A stretch of DNA of 64,000 nucleotides from Patescibacteria group bacterium (GCA_022710645.1 JAKLGL010000001.1:20614-84613), one strand, 5' to 3'. Shown: positions 36,190-47,660, counted from the stretch's first letter. The notes: generated by a model from the letters alone, not told the origin. Numbers and translations are program-made.

Positions 36190-37251
36190 ATGACTTCGGG
36201 AGGAAAAAGACCGTATCTTGATTTTAAAAAATACAGATACGACGAAGAAAAACGTCCGATTTTTTCTTTTCCCAAAAAACCGGCGATTAAACAAATCAAA
36301 AGTTTTGAAGCTGCGACCCCCGTCGAATCGGTTAATTTTATCGTTGGTAACAATCCTTTTCGCAAAGAGCCGAAAAAAAAGATTAATTATAAAAAGTTTT
36401 TCTTCGGTTTTTTCATTTTTTTCTTTTTAGCCGCGTGGTTTTGGCTTATTTTTTATTTACCTTATTTTGATATTGAAAATATTTATTATTCAGGCATAAA
36501 AACAACGAATGAGGCGACTTTAAAAACCTATGTCTACGACAATTTCATCAAATCCGGTAAATATTGGCATAGAAATAATTATTTTGTCACTGACGCGGAA
36601 GAGATCGTTATAGGTATAAAAAATAATTTTGATTTAAGCGATGTCAAAGTGACCAAGATTTTTCCCGATAAATTACAGATTGATGTGATAGAGAAGAGTC
36701 ACAGTATGGTTTTGTGCACGCAACGAGGTTATTATCTACTAGACAGCGATGGTGGTGTAATAAAGATTTTTTGGGAAAAAGAATTTACTAGCACAAGTAT
36801 TTTTACCACAGGAACCGTTCAAAATGAAGTTAACGGACCGACATCAACCACATCGAGCATGCCGGTAGCTGAAGAAATATTCAAACCGACAAGACAAAAA
36901 ATAGATAAAGAATATCAAAATTTACCACTGTTTTGCATTGACGAAGAAAAAAAACTATCTTTAGTCAATAAAAATGTCGTTTCCGAAGCTTTTCTCAAAA
37001 ACATCATTGATTGGCATGAAGCTTTAATCAAGGAGGGGATAGGATCTCCGGAATATTTTCTGGGACAGCTCAATCAATGGACCGGCTTTGAAGCTTATTT
37101 CAAAGATAAGAAATGGCATTTAAAATTATCTCCGGAAAATATCCAATCGCAAATTATAAAAATCAAAGCTGTTATTGAAAGTAAAGAAAGCATATCTCAA
37201 ATCAAAGAATATATAGATGTTCGCTTTGGAGATAGAGTGACTTGGAAGTAA
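36190..37251 (+). CDS. FtsQ/DivIB-like (POTRA-domain) membrane-anchored protein
   Basis: Single N-terminal TM, followed by a POTRA-like 'YWHRNNYFVTDAEEIVIGIKNNFDLSDVKVTKIFPDKLQIDVIEKSHSMVL'. Confidence 0.45.
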   Translation: MTSGGKRPYLDFKKYRYDEEKRPIFSFPKKPAIKQIKSFEAATPVESVNFIVGNNPFRKEPKKKINYKKFFFGFFIFFFLAAWFWLIFYLPYFDIENIYYSGIKTTNEATLKTYVYDNFIKSGKYWHRNNYFVTDAEEIVIGIKNNFDLSDVKVTKIFPDKLQIDVIEKSHSMVLCTQRGYYLLDSDGGVIKIFWEKEFTSTSIFTTGTVQNEVNGPTSTTSSMPVAEEIFKPTRQKIDKEYQNLPLFCIDEEKKLSLVNKNVVSEAFLKNIIDWHEALIKEGIGSPEYFLGQLNQWTGFEAYFKDKKWHLKLSPENIQSQIIKIKAVIESKESISQIKEYIDVRFGDRVTWK

Positions 37252-37335
37252 GAGAAGCGGTGATTTGCAAGATTTTAAACAATGTGAAATAATATACCTA
37301 ACTTCGTATAACAGAGGATAACCGAAGTAAAGACT

Positions 37336-38307
37336 ATGCAAAAATCAAATACATCGCTAATAAAGCATATCCCAACCTTTTTGGAATACTGTGAGGTAGA
37401 AAAAGGTCTTTCTCCCGTATCCTCCAAAAACTATCACAATTTTTTAAAAGTTTTTATTGAATGGCTTGATAAATCCAAATTAAACAATCTCTTACCACAC
37501 GAATTGACACCTGAACATATTTGGAGTTACCGCCTCTTTTTATCTCGTAAACAGGACTACAAGGGCGCCTATCTCAAAAAGACTTCTCAGAGCTATTATC
37601 TTCGAGCTTTACGAAATTTCCTGAAATATCTGACAGACAAAGACATTGTCACATTACCGTCGGAAAAAATAAAATTACCAAAATTGACTGATAAAGACAA
37701 ACAAATTAAATTTTTGAGTTTTGATCAGGTAGAAAAACTACTATCCATGCCAGACACTTCAAATACCGAAGGGTTACGCGATAGAACCATCCTTGAAGTA
37801 CTCTTCTCCACTGGTATGCGTGTCTCAGAGCTTACTTCGCTTAACCTAAAACAGTTTAATGTTAATGATTTAATAGCTGGAAAAATTCCAGATTTTACCG
37901 AACTTAATATTATAGGTAAAGGCGGTAAGATGCGCACGGTTTATTTTTCCAAAAGATCCCTGGAATGGTTGGCTAAATATCTCAAAGAACGCAAAGATAT
38001 GCTCCCTCCCCTGTTTATCAATTACTTCAAAGCTGCCAAAGACGAGGATGCCAGACGTTTATCACCCAGATCGGTTGAAAGTATCGTGCGTAAATATACG
38101 ATGATGGCCGGATTGCCGGTAGAAGCCACACCACATACTCTGAGACACAGTTTTGCCACTGATTTACTCTCCCACGGCGCTGATTTACGTTCAGTCCAGG
38201 AACTCTTGGGTCATAGCAATGTTGCCACTACTCAAATCTATACTCACGTAACCAACGCCGGATTAAAAAATGTTTATAAAAGCTTTCATAGTGGAGCGAA
38301 GAAATAA
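37336..38307 (+). CDS. xerD: tyrosine site-specific recombinase XerC/XerD
   Basis: Catalytic residues in context 'TPHTLRHSFATDLLSHGADLRSVQELLGHSNVATTQIYTHV'. Core-binding N-domain present. Confidence 0.85.
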   Translation: MQKSNTSLIKHIPTFLEYCEVEKGLSPVSSKNYHNFLKVFIEWLDKSKLNNLLPHELTPEHIWSYRLFLSRKQDYKGAYLKKTSQSYYLRALRNFLKYLTDKDIVTLPSEKIKLPKLTDKDKQIKFLSFDQVEKLLSMPDTSNTEGLRDRTILEVLFSTGMRVSELTSLNLKQFNVNDLIAGKIPDFTELNIIGKGGKMRTVYFSKRSLEWLAKYLKERKDMLPPLFINYFKAAKDEDARRLSPRSVESIVRKYTMMAGLPVEATPHTLRHSFATDLLSHGADLRSVQELLGHSNVATTQIYTHVTNAGLKNVYKSFHSGAKK

Positions 38308-38309
38308 AT

Positions 38310-38795
38310 ATGAAATTTCTGTCCGATCAAGAAGAAAAACAAGCACTGGATTATATTGAAAAAGCGGCTAAAATAGCTCTCTATTCAACCTGTGAACGTG
38401 CTCGTTGCGGTTGTGTAATAATAAAAGACAATAAAATCATCGGCGAAGGATTCAATAATCCGCCCCAAAATAAAATTGAACAAAAAAGATGTTCTATTTC
38501 TAAAGATACTTACCATAAAAAGGTTACGGATAAAACTTGTTGCGTCCACGCTGAACAACGAGCAATTATGGATGCATTAAGAAATAATCCAAATGAACTG
38601 AACGGATCAAGATTGTATTTTGTTCGATTAGATAAAGACGGTAATTCTCAAAAAGCCGGCAAACCTTATTGTACTATTTGCAGTAAAATGGCGTTGGATG
38701 TTGGAGTAGTTGAATTTGTTTTATGGCATGACCAGGGTGTATGCGTTTATAATACCGATGAATACAATCTTCTTTCGTATCAATACCAAGATTAA
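38310..38795 (+). CDS. dCMP/cytidine deaminase family zinc enzyme
   Basis: 'CVHAEQRAIMDAL' (H-A-E) and 'PYCTICSKMA' (PCxxC) zinc motifs. Confidence 0.75.
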   Translation: MKFLSDQEEKQALDYIEKAAKIALYSTCERARCGCVIIKDNKIIGEGFNNPPQNKIEQKRCSISKDTYHKKVTDKTCCVHAEQRAIMDALRNNPNELNGSRLYFVRLDKDGNSQKAGKPYCTICSKMALDVGVVEFVLWHDQGVCVYNTDEYNLLSYQYQD

Positions 38796-38849
38796 TTGAA
38801 AGACTAATAAAAACGCCCTGATAAAACAGGGTGTTTTTTTATTTATATT

Positions 38850-40085
38850 TTAATCTTTCAAATATCCCGTAGGATCTACCGGGATGCCGCTTTTACGAAC
38901 TTCAAAGTGCAAATGAGGGCCGGTGGTGAAAGGTCCGGCGCCAACAGTGCCAGGTTTACCGCCGGAATAACCTATGATATCACCCCTGTTTACAAAATCA
39001 TCTTCATTAACGGAAATAGAGCTTAGATGACCGTATACAGTAGATAAGTTTCCGGTATGAATAAGTAAAACATAACTATAACAAGATGAAGAGGTGCATC
39101 TTTTGGTGCGCCCGACATATCCCGCAGTTGCGGCGCGAACCGCTGTTCCTTGAGAAGCGCGGATATCTATAGCATTATGTTCAAAAACATTTCTGAAAGA
39201 ATAGGTAGAATCATGAAAAGACGCGGTAATATAATGCGAAGGAACTGGCCAACTTAATTCTCCGGATCCGCTCAAATTTTTGAATTTTTCCTGTTCAGCA
39301 AGTTTTTTGCGCACCTGTTCTTCGTAAGATCGAACTTCCCCTTCTATTACTTGATATTGTCTTTTCAAACTTTCAAGCAAAGTTTGATATTTCATTTCCG
39401 AAGCTCTGGTTTCGGCCAAAAGATCTTGTTTATCTCCGGATTGTTCTTTGAAATCAAGTTTTTTATTTTCTAAAGCAAATTTCTGTTCTTCATAAATTTT
39501 CTTTTTGGCTTCCACTTGAGATTTTTTATCAGCCAGATCTTCCGCAGTTACGCGCAAATTCTTGACCGACCTTCCTAAATCCACATAAATACTTTCAAGG
39601 TATTGGACTTGATTGTAGAAATCGGCAAAAGTATCGTTAGTAAGCAGTATTTCCAAATAATTTTTCTGATCATTGGCGTGGATATTGCGTATAATCTGAG
39701 AAATGATGACTTTTTGTCTATCCATGGCTTTTTGTTTATCTTCAATAGACAATTGTAAAGCCTCTATCTCCAACTTGGTTTCATCGATTTTCAATTGAAT
39801 CATTTTGATTTCAGCTTCGGTTTGCTTGATTTTATTCTCCAAAATACTAAGCTGGTTTTTCAAAGATACGGCTTCGGTTTGTTTCTGACTGATATTTTTC
39901 TTATAAACACTTATGGTATCTTCCAGTTGTTTGATTTTATCTTTGCGGGCACTAATCTCTTTATTTAAAGATTCTATTTCATCCTTATTGCTGGCCAAAT
40001 TGGCGGTTTGCGAATAAACAAAAATCGGCGCCAAAAACAATGTCGCGATAAAACAAACTATAAATAATTTTAAACTTTTAGGCAT
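38850..40085 (-). CDS. M23 (LytM) peptidoglycan endopeptidase with an N-terminal coiled-coil (EnvC-like)
   Basis: Signal peptide and long heptad-repeat region. The C-terminus has 'HTGNLSTVYGHL...GPHLHFEV', the M23 HxxxD/HxH motifs. Confidence 0.8.
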   Translation of the reverse strand: MPKSLKLFIVCFIATLFLAPIFVYSQTANLASNKDEIESLNKEISARKDKIKQLEDTISVYKKNISQKQTEAVSLKNQLSILENKIKQTEAEIKMIQLKIDETKLEIEALQLSIEDKQKAMDRQKVIISQIIRNIHANDQKNYLEILLTNDTFADFYNQVQYLESIYVDLGRSVKNLRVTAEDLADKKSQVEAKKKIYEEQKFALENKKLDFKEQSGDKQDLLAETRASEMKYQTLLESLKRQYQVIEGEVRSYEEQVRKKLAEQEKFKNLSGSGELSWPVPSHYITASFHDSTYSFRNVFEHNAIDIRASQGTAVRAATAGYVGRTKRCTSSSCYSYVLLIHTGNLSTVYGHLSSISVNEDDFVNRGDIIGYSGGKPGTVGAGPFTTGPHLHFEVRKSGIPVDPTGYLKD

Positions 40086-40178
40086 GACAATATTATAACA
40101 TATTTTGGAATTTGTGCGAAGAACAAAAAATACCCGCTTTTGGCAAGGTATTTTTTGTTAGAAATTATTTTTATAAAA

Positions 40179-41663
40179 CTACATTTTGGCTATTGCCAAT
40201 TCAATTCTACTAACAGTTTCTTCTTTTCCCAAAACTTCGGCGATTTCAAACGGTGGCGGAGATTTTTCCATTCCCGACAAAGCCACACGCATTGGCCAGA
40301 GCACACTGCCGTTGCTATAACCTTTTTCTGTTATCCACTCCCCTATCTTTTCTTGTAAATTTTTAGATTCAAATTCTTGAACACTAAAATTGTTCAATAA
40401 TTCTTTCAATTCAGGTAATACTTTCTTGACTTCTTCCAAACTACCTTTTTTCCAGACTAAAAGCTCTTTTTGATAATCCGGGACTTGCAACAAAAATCCT
40501 ATACTTTGTGCCAATTCAACCAAAGTATTTACTCTGCCTTTTTCCAAATTCAAAGCTTTCACCAACCATTCTTCTTTACCAGACAACTGTTTTTCCGTCA
40601 TTACACCGGAAGACAAGATAAAAGGAACGGTCAAATTAACCAATTCTTTTTCATTAAGTTTGGAAATATATTGTGAATTGTACCAATCCAATTTTTCCAG
40701 ATTGAAAACCGCACCTGACTTACCTATTTTTTCCAAAGAAAATTCTTTTGTTAATTCTTCCAATGTAAATATTTCTCGTTCGTCGCCCGGATTCCAACCC
40801 AAAAATACGACAAAATTAATCATTGCTTCCGGTAAATAACCTTTTTTACGATAATCTTCCACAGAAACATCACCTTGACGTTTGCTAAGTTTACTTTTGT
40901 CAGAATTAAGAAGTAGTGGCAAATGAGCCATTTTCGGAGCTTCCCAGCCGAACATTTTATAAAGATTAATATGTTTTGGAACACTACTTATCCATTCATC
41001 ACCGCGAATAATATGGGTTATTCCCATATAATGATCATCCACCACTACCGCTAAATGATAAGTGGGAAATCCGTCGGATTTCAATAAAACTTGATCATCC
41101 ACTAATTCGTTTTTTATTCTAACTTCCCCTTTAACTTCGTCAAAAAACACAGTTTCCCCCGTTAACGGCATTTTCATACGAACCACGTATTTTTCTCCGG
41201 CCGCGATTCTTTTTTTGGCCTCTTCTATAGAAATATCGCGACAATGTCTATCATAGCCTGTAGGTAATTTATTCAGCTGTTGAAATTGACGCAATTCTTC
41301 CAACCTTTCTCCGGTACAAAAACAATAATAAGCATGGCCTTTTTCAACCAATTCATCTATGTGTTTTTTGTAAATTTCCAAACGTTCCGATTGTATATAA
41401 GAGCCTCCGCAATCTCCTGTCTGATAAATATCTCCGTTTTCTTTTCTTTGCACACCTTCATCGGGAATAACACCAGCCCAATAAAGAGATTTCAAAATAT
41501 TGGCGATACCGTCGGCGACATATCTTTCTCTGTCCGTATCTTCAATACGCAAAACAAATTTACCCTCATTTTTTTTAGCAAATAGATACGAATATAGGGC
41601 TGTTCTTAAACCTCCCACATGCAAATAACCTGTCGGGCTTGGAGCAAATCTAGTTTTTATCAT
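40179..41663 (-). CDS. gltX: glutamyl-tRNA synthetase
   Basis: N-terminal 'RFAPSPTGYLHVGGLRTALY' HIGH region, 'KLSKR' KMSKS, and a GluRS anticodon-binding domain. Confidence 0.9.
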   Translation of the reverse strand: MIKTRFAPSPTGYLHVGGLRTALYSYLFAKKNEGKFVLRIEDTDRERYVADGIANILKSLYWAGVIPDEGVQRKENGDIYQTGDCGGSYIQSERLEIYKKHIDELVEKGHAYYCFCTGERLEELRQFQQLNKLPTGYDRHCRDISIEEAKKRIAAGEKYVVRMKMPLTGETVFFDEVKGEVRIKNELVDDQVLLKSDGFPTYHLAVVVDDHYMGITHIIRGDEWISSVPKHINLYKMFGWEAPKMAHLPLLLNSDKSKLSKRQGDVSVEDYRKKGYLPEAMINFVVFLGWNPGDEREIFTLEELTKEFSLEKIGKSGAVFNLEKLDWYNSQYISKLNEKELVNLTVPFILSSGVMTEKQLSGKEEWLVKALNLEKGRVNTLVELAQSIGFLLQVPDYQKELLVWKKGSLEEVKKVLPELKELLNNFSVQEFESKNLQEKIGEWITEKGYSNGSVLWPMRVALSGMEKSPPPFEIAEVLGKEETVSRIELAIAKM

Positions 41664-41665
41664 AA

Positions 41666-42403
41666 TTATTTTATAAATTTATTTTTTATAACAATATAAG
41701 GAAATATCGTGATCGCATTCCAAATTCTTTGAATACGACTCGGTTGTTTTATGAGACGATACAACCATTCTAAACCGATTTTGCGTAAAAAACAAGGGGC
41801 GCGACGCACAGTTCCGGAAAGATAATCAAATGACCCCCCTACCCCCATCGCTATTTTAATGTTTGGCATTTTACTCAAATTTTCCGATATCCATCGTTCT
41901 TGTTTATTCATTCCGAAAGCGACAAAGAGAATACCTGCCTTTGATTCATTTATACTTTGAATTGTCCTTTCATTTTCTTCCTTATCATAGGATAATATTG
42001 AATTGATTTGAATTCCTTTATTATAACCGGTGATTTCCAAACCCGGAATTTGTATTTGCAAATTTTCTGCGGTTTTTTTCACAACTTCATCATTTCCAGA
42101 ACCCAACAAATAAACATTGATATTTTTCTCTGCGGAAATTTTACAAATCTCTATCATAAAATCCACTCCAGTAATCCGGGGACAACCGGAAAATAAACTG
42201 AGGCCGAACCCGTCGCAAATATTCAAATCTCCGGCATTCAAAATATTTTTAAAATCATCGTCTTTTTGGGCTTGCACGATAAATTCCGGATTTGGAGTAA
42301 AAATTTTATATTGTTTTGTCGAACTCAAAAAATCACCAACTCTATCTTTGGCTTGTTTTAAATCCAAACCGTCTAATTTTACATTGCAAAAAACCATAGA
42401 CAT
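41666..42403 (-). CDS. tagA: WecB/TagA/CpsF-family glycosyltransferase
   Basis: 'IAMGVGGSFDYLSGTVRRAP...WLYRL' conserved C-terminal block. Start chosen at MSMVF. Confidence 0.7.
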   Translation of the reverse strand: MSMVFCNVKLDGLDLKQAKDRVGDFLSSTKQYKIFTPNPEFIVQAQKDDDFKNILNAGDLNICDGFGLSLFSGCPRITGVDFMIEICKISAEKNINVYLLGSGNDEVVKKTAENLQIQIPGLEITGYNKGIQINSILSYDKEENERTIQSINESKAGILFVAFGMNKQERWISENLSKMPNIKIAMGVGGSFDYLSGTVRRAPCFLRKIGLEWLYRLIKQPSRIQRIWNAITIFPYIVIKNKFIK

Positions 42404-42981
42404 TACTTTTCTCTGAAAGTCGTAGATGTAAAAATATAAATATCGCTGTTTTTTTCCATCCAAGCATTGGCCGGCAAACCGGCTTTTTCAATACACAGAG
42501 CTTCGAGCATCGTGCCTAAATCCCAATTTTCTCTTTTAGCCACTTCAGGCAAAAATACCCCGCTTTTTTTACCTTGTATTATCATTACTCCGTGTTTATC
42601 CAATTCTATTTCTTGTATATTTTTTATTTTATGCAACGGAGAAAGAATGGAAATTTCTATTTTAATCTCCGGCAATTCATTTAAAACCAAAGGTTTAAAT
42701 CGATTATCTTTGACTGCTGCTTCTATCGCCATATCTACCACTGTTTCATTCAGGGGTTTATCAGTTTCCATCAACCCTATACAACCGCGCAACTCATTAC
42801 TCTTCCATAACGTAACAAAAATACCGACTTTTCTTTTTAACATCTGATTGTTGGTGATAGCCTGAATAACCCAACCTTCTTGTAAGTATGTCTCTATAGC
42901 TACTCTGGCCCATTCTAACAGTTGTTTTTTCTCATTTTCATTATATATCGGCTCAGAAAGTAAAACGTTCTTTTTAATCAT
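42403..42981 (-). CDS. AMMECR1-domain protein
   Basis: 'GIFVTLWKSNELRGCIGLME' is the AMMECR1 signature. Start chosen at MIKKNVLL to avoid overlapping the upstream ABC gene. Confidence 0.75.
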   Translation of the reverse strand: MIKKNVLLSEPIYNENEKKQLLEWARVAIETYLQEGWVIQAITNNQMLKRKVGIFVTLWKSNELRGCIGLMETDKPLNETVVDMAIEAAVKDNRFKPLVLNELPEIKIEISILSPLHKIKNIQEIELDKHGVMIIQGKKSGVFLPEVAKRENWDLGTMLEALCIEKAGLPANAWMEKNSDIYIFTSTTFREK

Positions 42982-42985
42982 ATTT

Positions 42986-44758
42986 TTACACGATAAAACC
43001 CCCGGCTTGTATATGCCAAAGTTTAGCATAAAGACCGTTTGCTTTGATCAAATCACTATGGTTTCCTTCTTCGATTATTTTTCCTTCTTCCATAACAATA
43101 ACTCTATCCATTTTGGCAATGGTTGATAATCGATGAGCGACAACTATCACTGTTTTTTCTTTCATCAAATTTTCCAAAGCTTTTTGAATCAACTGTTCAG
43201 ACTCGGAATCAAGCGAAGAAGTGGCTTCGTCCATTATCAAAATAGGCGCGTTTTTCAAAATCGCTCGAGCAATAGCCACGCGTTGTCTTTCACCACCGGA
43301 AAGCTTGATACCTCGTTCACCGACTTCAGTATTATAACCTTCCTTTAATTTAATGATAAAATCATGAGCATAAGCTTTTTTGGCCGCTTCTTCAACTTCT
43401 TCTTTGGTAGCACCTTTCTTACCATAAGCAATATTTTCAAAAAGTGATCGGTGAAACAAAGCCGGATCTTGAGGAACGAATGAAATATTTTCCCATAAAC
43501 TTTCTTTGGTAACTTTGGAAATATCTTGTCTGTCAATATTTATTTTTCCTTTATTCAAGTTATACATGCGTAATAGGAGTTTTATTACTGTAGATTTTCC
43601 AGAACCGCTTGGACCGACTAAAGCAAGTTTTTCATTATCTTTAACCGTTAAAGAAAAATTTTCAAATATTTTATTATTTTCTTTATAACCGAAATTTACT
43701 TTATCAAATACTATTTCTCCTTTGGTAACTTTGATATTTTTGGCATTTTCAATATCCTTAACCTCGGTTTCTTTGGTAATTATCGCAGTCATTTCTGTAG
43801 CATCGGCCATGGATTCATAAAGTCGTTGAATGGATCTTCCCAACCCCCAAACATTCATCATAATCATCACCACATAAGCTTGAATCATCACAAAATCACC
43901 GATGGTCAAGATATCTTTTTGAAAAAATCCGATAGCCAAATAATTGATACCAACTTCCAATAAAATAAACAAGAAACCTTGAATAGCAAAAAACAAAATA
44001 CTATAACGCCAACTTTTCAAATTGAGTAAGCGAATAGTTTCATTTTTATTTTCTAAATTTTTTATTTCTTCTTCCGTTTTTCCAAAAAGTTTAACATTGG
44101 AGTAGTTAGCGAAAACGTCAGCCGCATATCCGGTAGTCTTATTACCTTCTTTGTTGCTTTCAATATCTATTTTCATTTTTCCTTTTAACACTAGTAAATT
44201 CAACAAAATAAAGAATAACAACCAAACCAAAACACTGTAAGCCAAAATCGGATTACGTCCATATAAAACCACACAAATACCGCCGGTGCCTATAAATAAA
44301 TTACTTAATTCAAAAAATATAATATCATTAAGTGTAAAAAACGCTCCAGCAAATTTGTTTATTTTTCGAACCAAAGATCCGATAAATTGATCATTAAAAA
44401 AAGAAAAAGAATGTTCCAACATGCGAATGACGCAAAATTGTTGAATATCTTTATCACCATATGTTTCAAAATAACTAACAACAAAAAAATACGCTCGTTG
44501 AAAAATGAAAGATACTAATTTCAGAACAAAAACAATTAATAAAACTTTTATTGCAGTATCAAAAATACCAACAGACAAGAAATCAACTATCTTTTTATAA
44601 TAAATCGGAACAATAATTTCCAAAACCTGGTTAATGACGGTAAAAATAACCATCAATACCAAAAATTGCCATCTTTTTTTGTAGAAAGAGGCAAAAATCC
44701 TCAGGGTTTGTTTTACCAAACCGAAATCCAATTTTTCTTGTTTTTCTTGTTCTTCCAT
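42986..44758 (-). CDS. ABC exporter, fused permease/ATPase (MsbA/MdlB-like)
   Basis: Six-TM N-domain. C-terminal NBD with Walker A 'GPSGSGKST', signature 'LSGGERQRVAIARA' and Walker B 'ILIMDEATS'. Confidence 0.85.
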   Translation of the reverse strand: MEEQEKQEKLDFGLVKQTLRIFASFYKKRWQFLVLMVIFTVINQVLEIIVPIYYKKIVDFLSVGIFDTAIKVLLIVFVLKLVSFIFQRAYFFVVSYFETYGDKDIQQFCVIRMLEHSFSFFNDQFIGSLVRKINKFAGAFFTLNDIIFFELSNLFIGTGGICVVLYGRNPILAYSVLVWLLFFILLNLLVLKGKMKIDIESNKEGNKTTGYAADVFANYSNVKLFGKTEEEIKNLENKNETIRLLNLKSWRYSILFFAIQGFLFILLEVGINYLAIGFFQKDILTIGDFVMIQAYVVMIMMNVWGLGRSIQRLYESMADATEMTAIITKETEVKDIENAKNIKVTKGEIVFDKVNFGYKENNKIFENFSLTVKDNEKLALVGPSGSGKSTVIKLLLRMYNLNKGKINIDRQDISKVTKESLWENISFVPQDPALFHRSLFENIAYGKKGATKEEVEEAAKKAYAHDFIIKLKEGYNTEVGERGIKLSGGERQRVAIARAILKNAPILIMDEATSSLDSESEQLIQKALENLMKEKTVIVVAHRLSTIAKMDRVIVMEEGKIIEEGNHSDLIKANGLYAKLWHIQAGGFIV

Positions 44759-44824
44759 ATATAAAATAGATTAACTGACTTATTTTACCTTAAATTAAGA
44801 AAAAATTCAAATAAATAAAGGTAT

Positions 44825-44852
44825 TTGACAAAATTTTAGTCTATGCTACAAT
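44825..44852 (+). promoter_or_regulatory. sigma70-like promoter TTGACA-16-TACAAT upstream of clpB
   Basis: Read from the sequence. The CIRCE-like element follows immediately. Confidence 0.5.
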
Positions 44853-44853
44853 A

Positions 44854-44880
44854 TTATCACTCTACTCTATGGAGTGATAA
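44854..44880 (+). promoter_or_regulatory. CIRCE-like inverted repeat TTATCACTC-N9-GAGTGATAA (putative HrcA operator)
   Basis: A perfect 9-bp inverted repeat with a 9-nt spacer. It matches the CIRCE consensus TTAGCACTC-N9-GAGTGCTAA at 7 of 9 positions per arm. It sits between the promoter and clpB. Confidence 0.55.
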
Positions 44881-44948
44881 TAGCTCGTCCTGGAGTTTTT
44901 CTGTCCCTTATGGACTTTATGGACTTTATAGACTTTTAACTTATTTAT

Positions 44949-47582
44949 ATGTTTCCAAACAATTTTACCCACAAATCTCAAGAAATAATTCAACTTGCAG
45001 CACAAATTGCCGGGGCTAACGGACAACCTCAAGTGGAACCCCCTCATTTAATATTAGCCATGTTGCAAGATGAAGAAGGTATAGTGTCTTCGATTTTTAG
45101 CAAATTAAACATTTCTCTTGCCAATATTCATGCAGATATGGAAAAATTGGTAAACAAATTACCAAAAAATCCCGGCGCTTCTCCCCTGCTTAACAACGGT
45201 CAATTGATGTTGTCACAAGCTATGGTTTTTATCATGCAAAATTCCGCAGAAATCGCCAAAAAAATGGGTGACGATTATATTAGTGTGGAACATTTATTTT
45301 TATCTCTTTTGAGCGGAAAAAATCCCATAAGCGAGCTATTGTCGGTTTATAAAATAAACTATGATGAAATTTTAAAAGTATTGGCTTCTATCCGTGGAAA
45401 TCAAAAAGTAGATTCTCCCGAACCGGAAAGCAAATACAACGCTTTGCAAAAATATGGAAAAAATTTAACCGAACTTGCACGAAAAGAAAAAATAGATCCG
45501 GTGATAGGTCGTGACGATGAAATTCGTCGTGTGATGCAAATACTCACTCGCCGGACCAAAAATAATCCCGTATTAATCGGCGAACCAGGCACGGGAAAAA
45601 CAGCTATTGCCGAAGGTCTGGCTCAAAGAATCATCAATAACGATGTTCCCGAATCGTTAAAAAATAAAGAATTGATAACACTGGATATTTCCGCTTTGGT
45701 TGCCGGGTCTAAATTTCGCGGTGAGTTTGAAGATCGTCTCAAAGCCGTATTGAAAGAAGTTAATGCCGCAAACGGTAAAATAATTTTGTTTATTGATGAA
45801 TTGCACACTATTGTCGGAGCCGGAAGTTCCGAAGGTTCTATTGATGCGGCCAATATGCTCAAACCCATGCTTGCTCGCGGCGAATTACGCGCTATCGGCG
45901 CCACCACTCTCAAAGAATATCAAAAATATATTGAAAAAGATGCGGCTTTAGAACGTCGTTTTCAACCGGTAATAGTAGTCGAACCCAATGAAGAAGACGC
46001 TATCGCTATCTTACGCGGAATTAAAGAAAAATACGAAGTTCATCATGGTGTCCGTATTACCGATTCGGCGATTGTTTCCGCTGTAAAACTTTCGGAACGT
46101 TATATCTCCGATCGTTTTTTACCGGATAAAGCCATTGATTTGGTAGACGAAGCCGCTTCCGCTTTGCGTTTACAAGTAGAATCAATGCCCGAAGAGTTAG
46201 ATCGTCTGAAACGTCAAATAATGAAATTGGAAATTGAAAAAAGGGCTTTAGCGAATGAAAAGACCGAAGATGTCAAGGAACAACTTTTCAAATTGGAAAA
46301 AGAACTTGCCGAAACAAAAGAAAAAGCTACAGAACTTGAAGCCAAATGGAAAAATGAAAAGGAGGCTATTGAAAAAATTCACGATTTAAAAAAAGAAATA
46401 GACAAAACTAAACAACAAGCCGATATTGAGGAACGTAAAGGCGATCTGCAAAAAGTCGCCGAGTTGCGTTATGGAAAAATTCCGGAATTGGAAAAAGAAG
46501 TTAAAAATAGCGAAAAAAAATTACGTGAAATGCAAAAAAATCGCGGCATCTTAAAAGAAGAAATTACGGAAAACGATATAGCAACCGTAGTCGCCCGTTG
46601 GACCGGTATTCCGGTAACCAAAATGTTACAAAGCGACACGGAAAAACTTGCTCACATGGAAGAAGAGCTGAAAAAACGTGTTATCGGACAAGACGAAGCC
46701 GTTTCCGCGGTTTCTCGAGCTATTCGTCGTTCTCGAGCCGGAATCTCCGAACCAAACAAACCTATAGGATCGTTTATTTTCTTGGGTCCGACAGGGGTAG
46801 GTAAAACGGAATTAGCAAAGACTTTGGCGGAATTTCTATTTGATACACCGGAAGCTCTGGTGCGCGTGGACATGAGCGAATATATGGAAAAACATAGCGT
46901 TAGTAAAATCATAGGTTCTCCGCCGGGATATGTGGGTTATGACGAAGGCGGACAGTTAACGGAAATAGTTCGTCGTCGACCATATAGTGTAATTTTGTTT
47001 GATGAAATCGAAAAAGCTCATGGGGATATTTTCAATATCATGTTACAGATACTTGACGATGGACATATAACCGATGCTAAGGGACGTACGGTTAACTTCA
47101 AAAATACGGTTATTATTATGACAAGCAATATCGGAAGCGAATCAATATTAAATTTACGCAAAAACAGCGAATTTGGATTTACTTCCAACAATAAAAACCG
47201 ACAAAATGAAGAAAATAAAATAAAAGAAAAAATAACCGATTCTTTACGGGACCATTTCAAACCGGAATTTCTCAATCGTATTGATGAAACGATAATTTTC
47301 CATTCTCTAAACGAAAAAGATATAGAAAAAATAGTGGAATTACAACTTCTTCAAGTGGAAAAACGTCTGGCGGAAAAGAAAATCTATCTTGCTTTTGATG
47401 AAAAAATCAAAAAACATCTGACTGAAAAAGGTTATGATGTAAACTATGGAGCCAGACCTCTCAAACGAGTCGTTCAAAACGAACTCTTGGACAAACTTTC
47501 TTTATTGATTATCGAGGGTAAAATCAAAGAAGGACAAAAAGTCAAAATATCTCTGAACAAAAATGAAATCACGATAAAATAA
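44949..47582 (+). CDS. clpB: ATP-dependent chaperone ClpB
   Basis: Clp N-domain, two AAA+ modules ('[10 protein letters not shown]', '[11 protein letters not shown]') and an intervening coiled-coil M-domain. Length 877 aa. Confidence 0.9.
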   Translation: MFPNNFTHKSQEIIQLAAQIAGANGQPQVEPPHLILAMLQDEEGIVSSIFSKLNISLANIHADMEKLVNKLPKNPGASPLLNNGQLMLSQAMVFIMQNSAEIAKKMGDDYISVEHLFLSLLSGKNPISELLSVYKINYDEILKVLASIRGNQKVDSPEPESKYNALQKYGKNLTELARKEKIDPVIGRDDEIRRVMQILTRRTKNNPVLIGEPGTGKTAIAEGLAQRIINNDVPESLKNKELITLDISALVAGSKFRGEFEDRLKAVLKEVNAANGKIILFIDELHTIVGAGSSEGSIDAANMLKPMLARGELRAIGATTLKEYQKYIEKDAALERRFQPVIVVEPNEEDAIAILRGIKEKYEVHHGVRITDSAIVSAVKLSERYISDRFLPDKAIDLVDEAASALRLQVESMPEELDRLKRQIMKLEIEKRALANEKTEDVKEQLFKLEKELAETKEKATELEAKWKNEKEAIEKIHDLKKEIDKTKQQADIEERKGDLQKVAELRYGKIPELEKEVKNSEKKLREMQKNRGILKEEITENDIATVVARWTGIPVTKMLQSDTEKLAHMEEELKKRVIGQDEAVSAVSRAIRRSRAGISEPNKPIGSFIFLGPTGVGKTELAKTLAEFLFDTPEALVRVDMSEYMEKHSVSKIIGSPPGYVGYDEGGQLTEIVRRRPYSVILFDEIEKAHGDIFNIMLQILDDGHITDAKGRTVNFKNTVIIMTSNIGSESILNLRKNSEFGFTSNNKNRQNEENKIKEKITDSLRDHFKPEFLNRIDETIIFHSLNEKDIEKIVELQLLQVEKRLAEKKIYLAFDEKIKKHLTEKGYDVNYGARPLKRVVQNELLDKLSLLIIEGKIKEGQKVKISLNKNEITIK

Positions 47583-47660
47583 ATCCGGTTACAATCACTG
47601 AAAAAATATAAAACAACCTCTTTAAAAGGGGTTGTTTTATATTTGAAAAAATGTTAAAAT

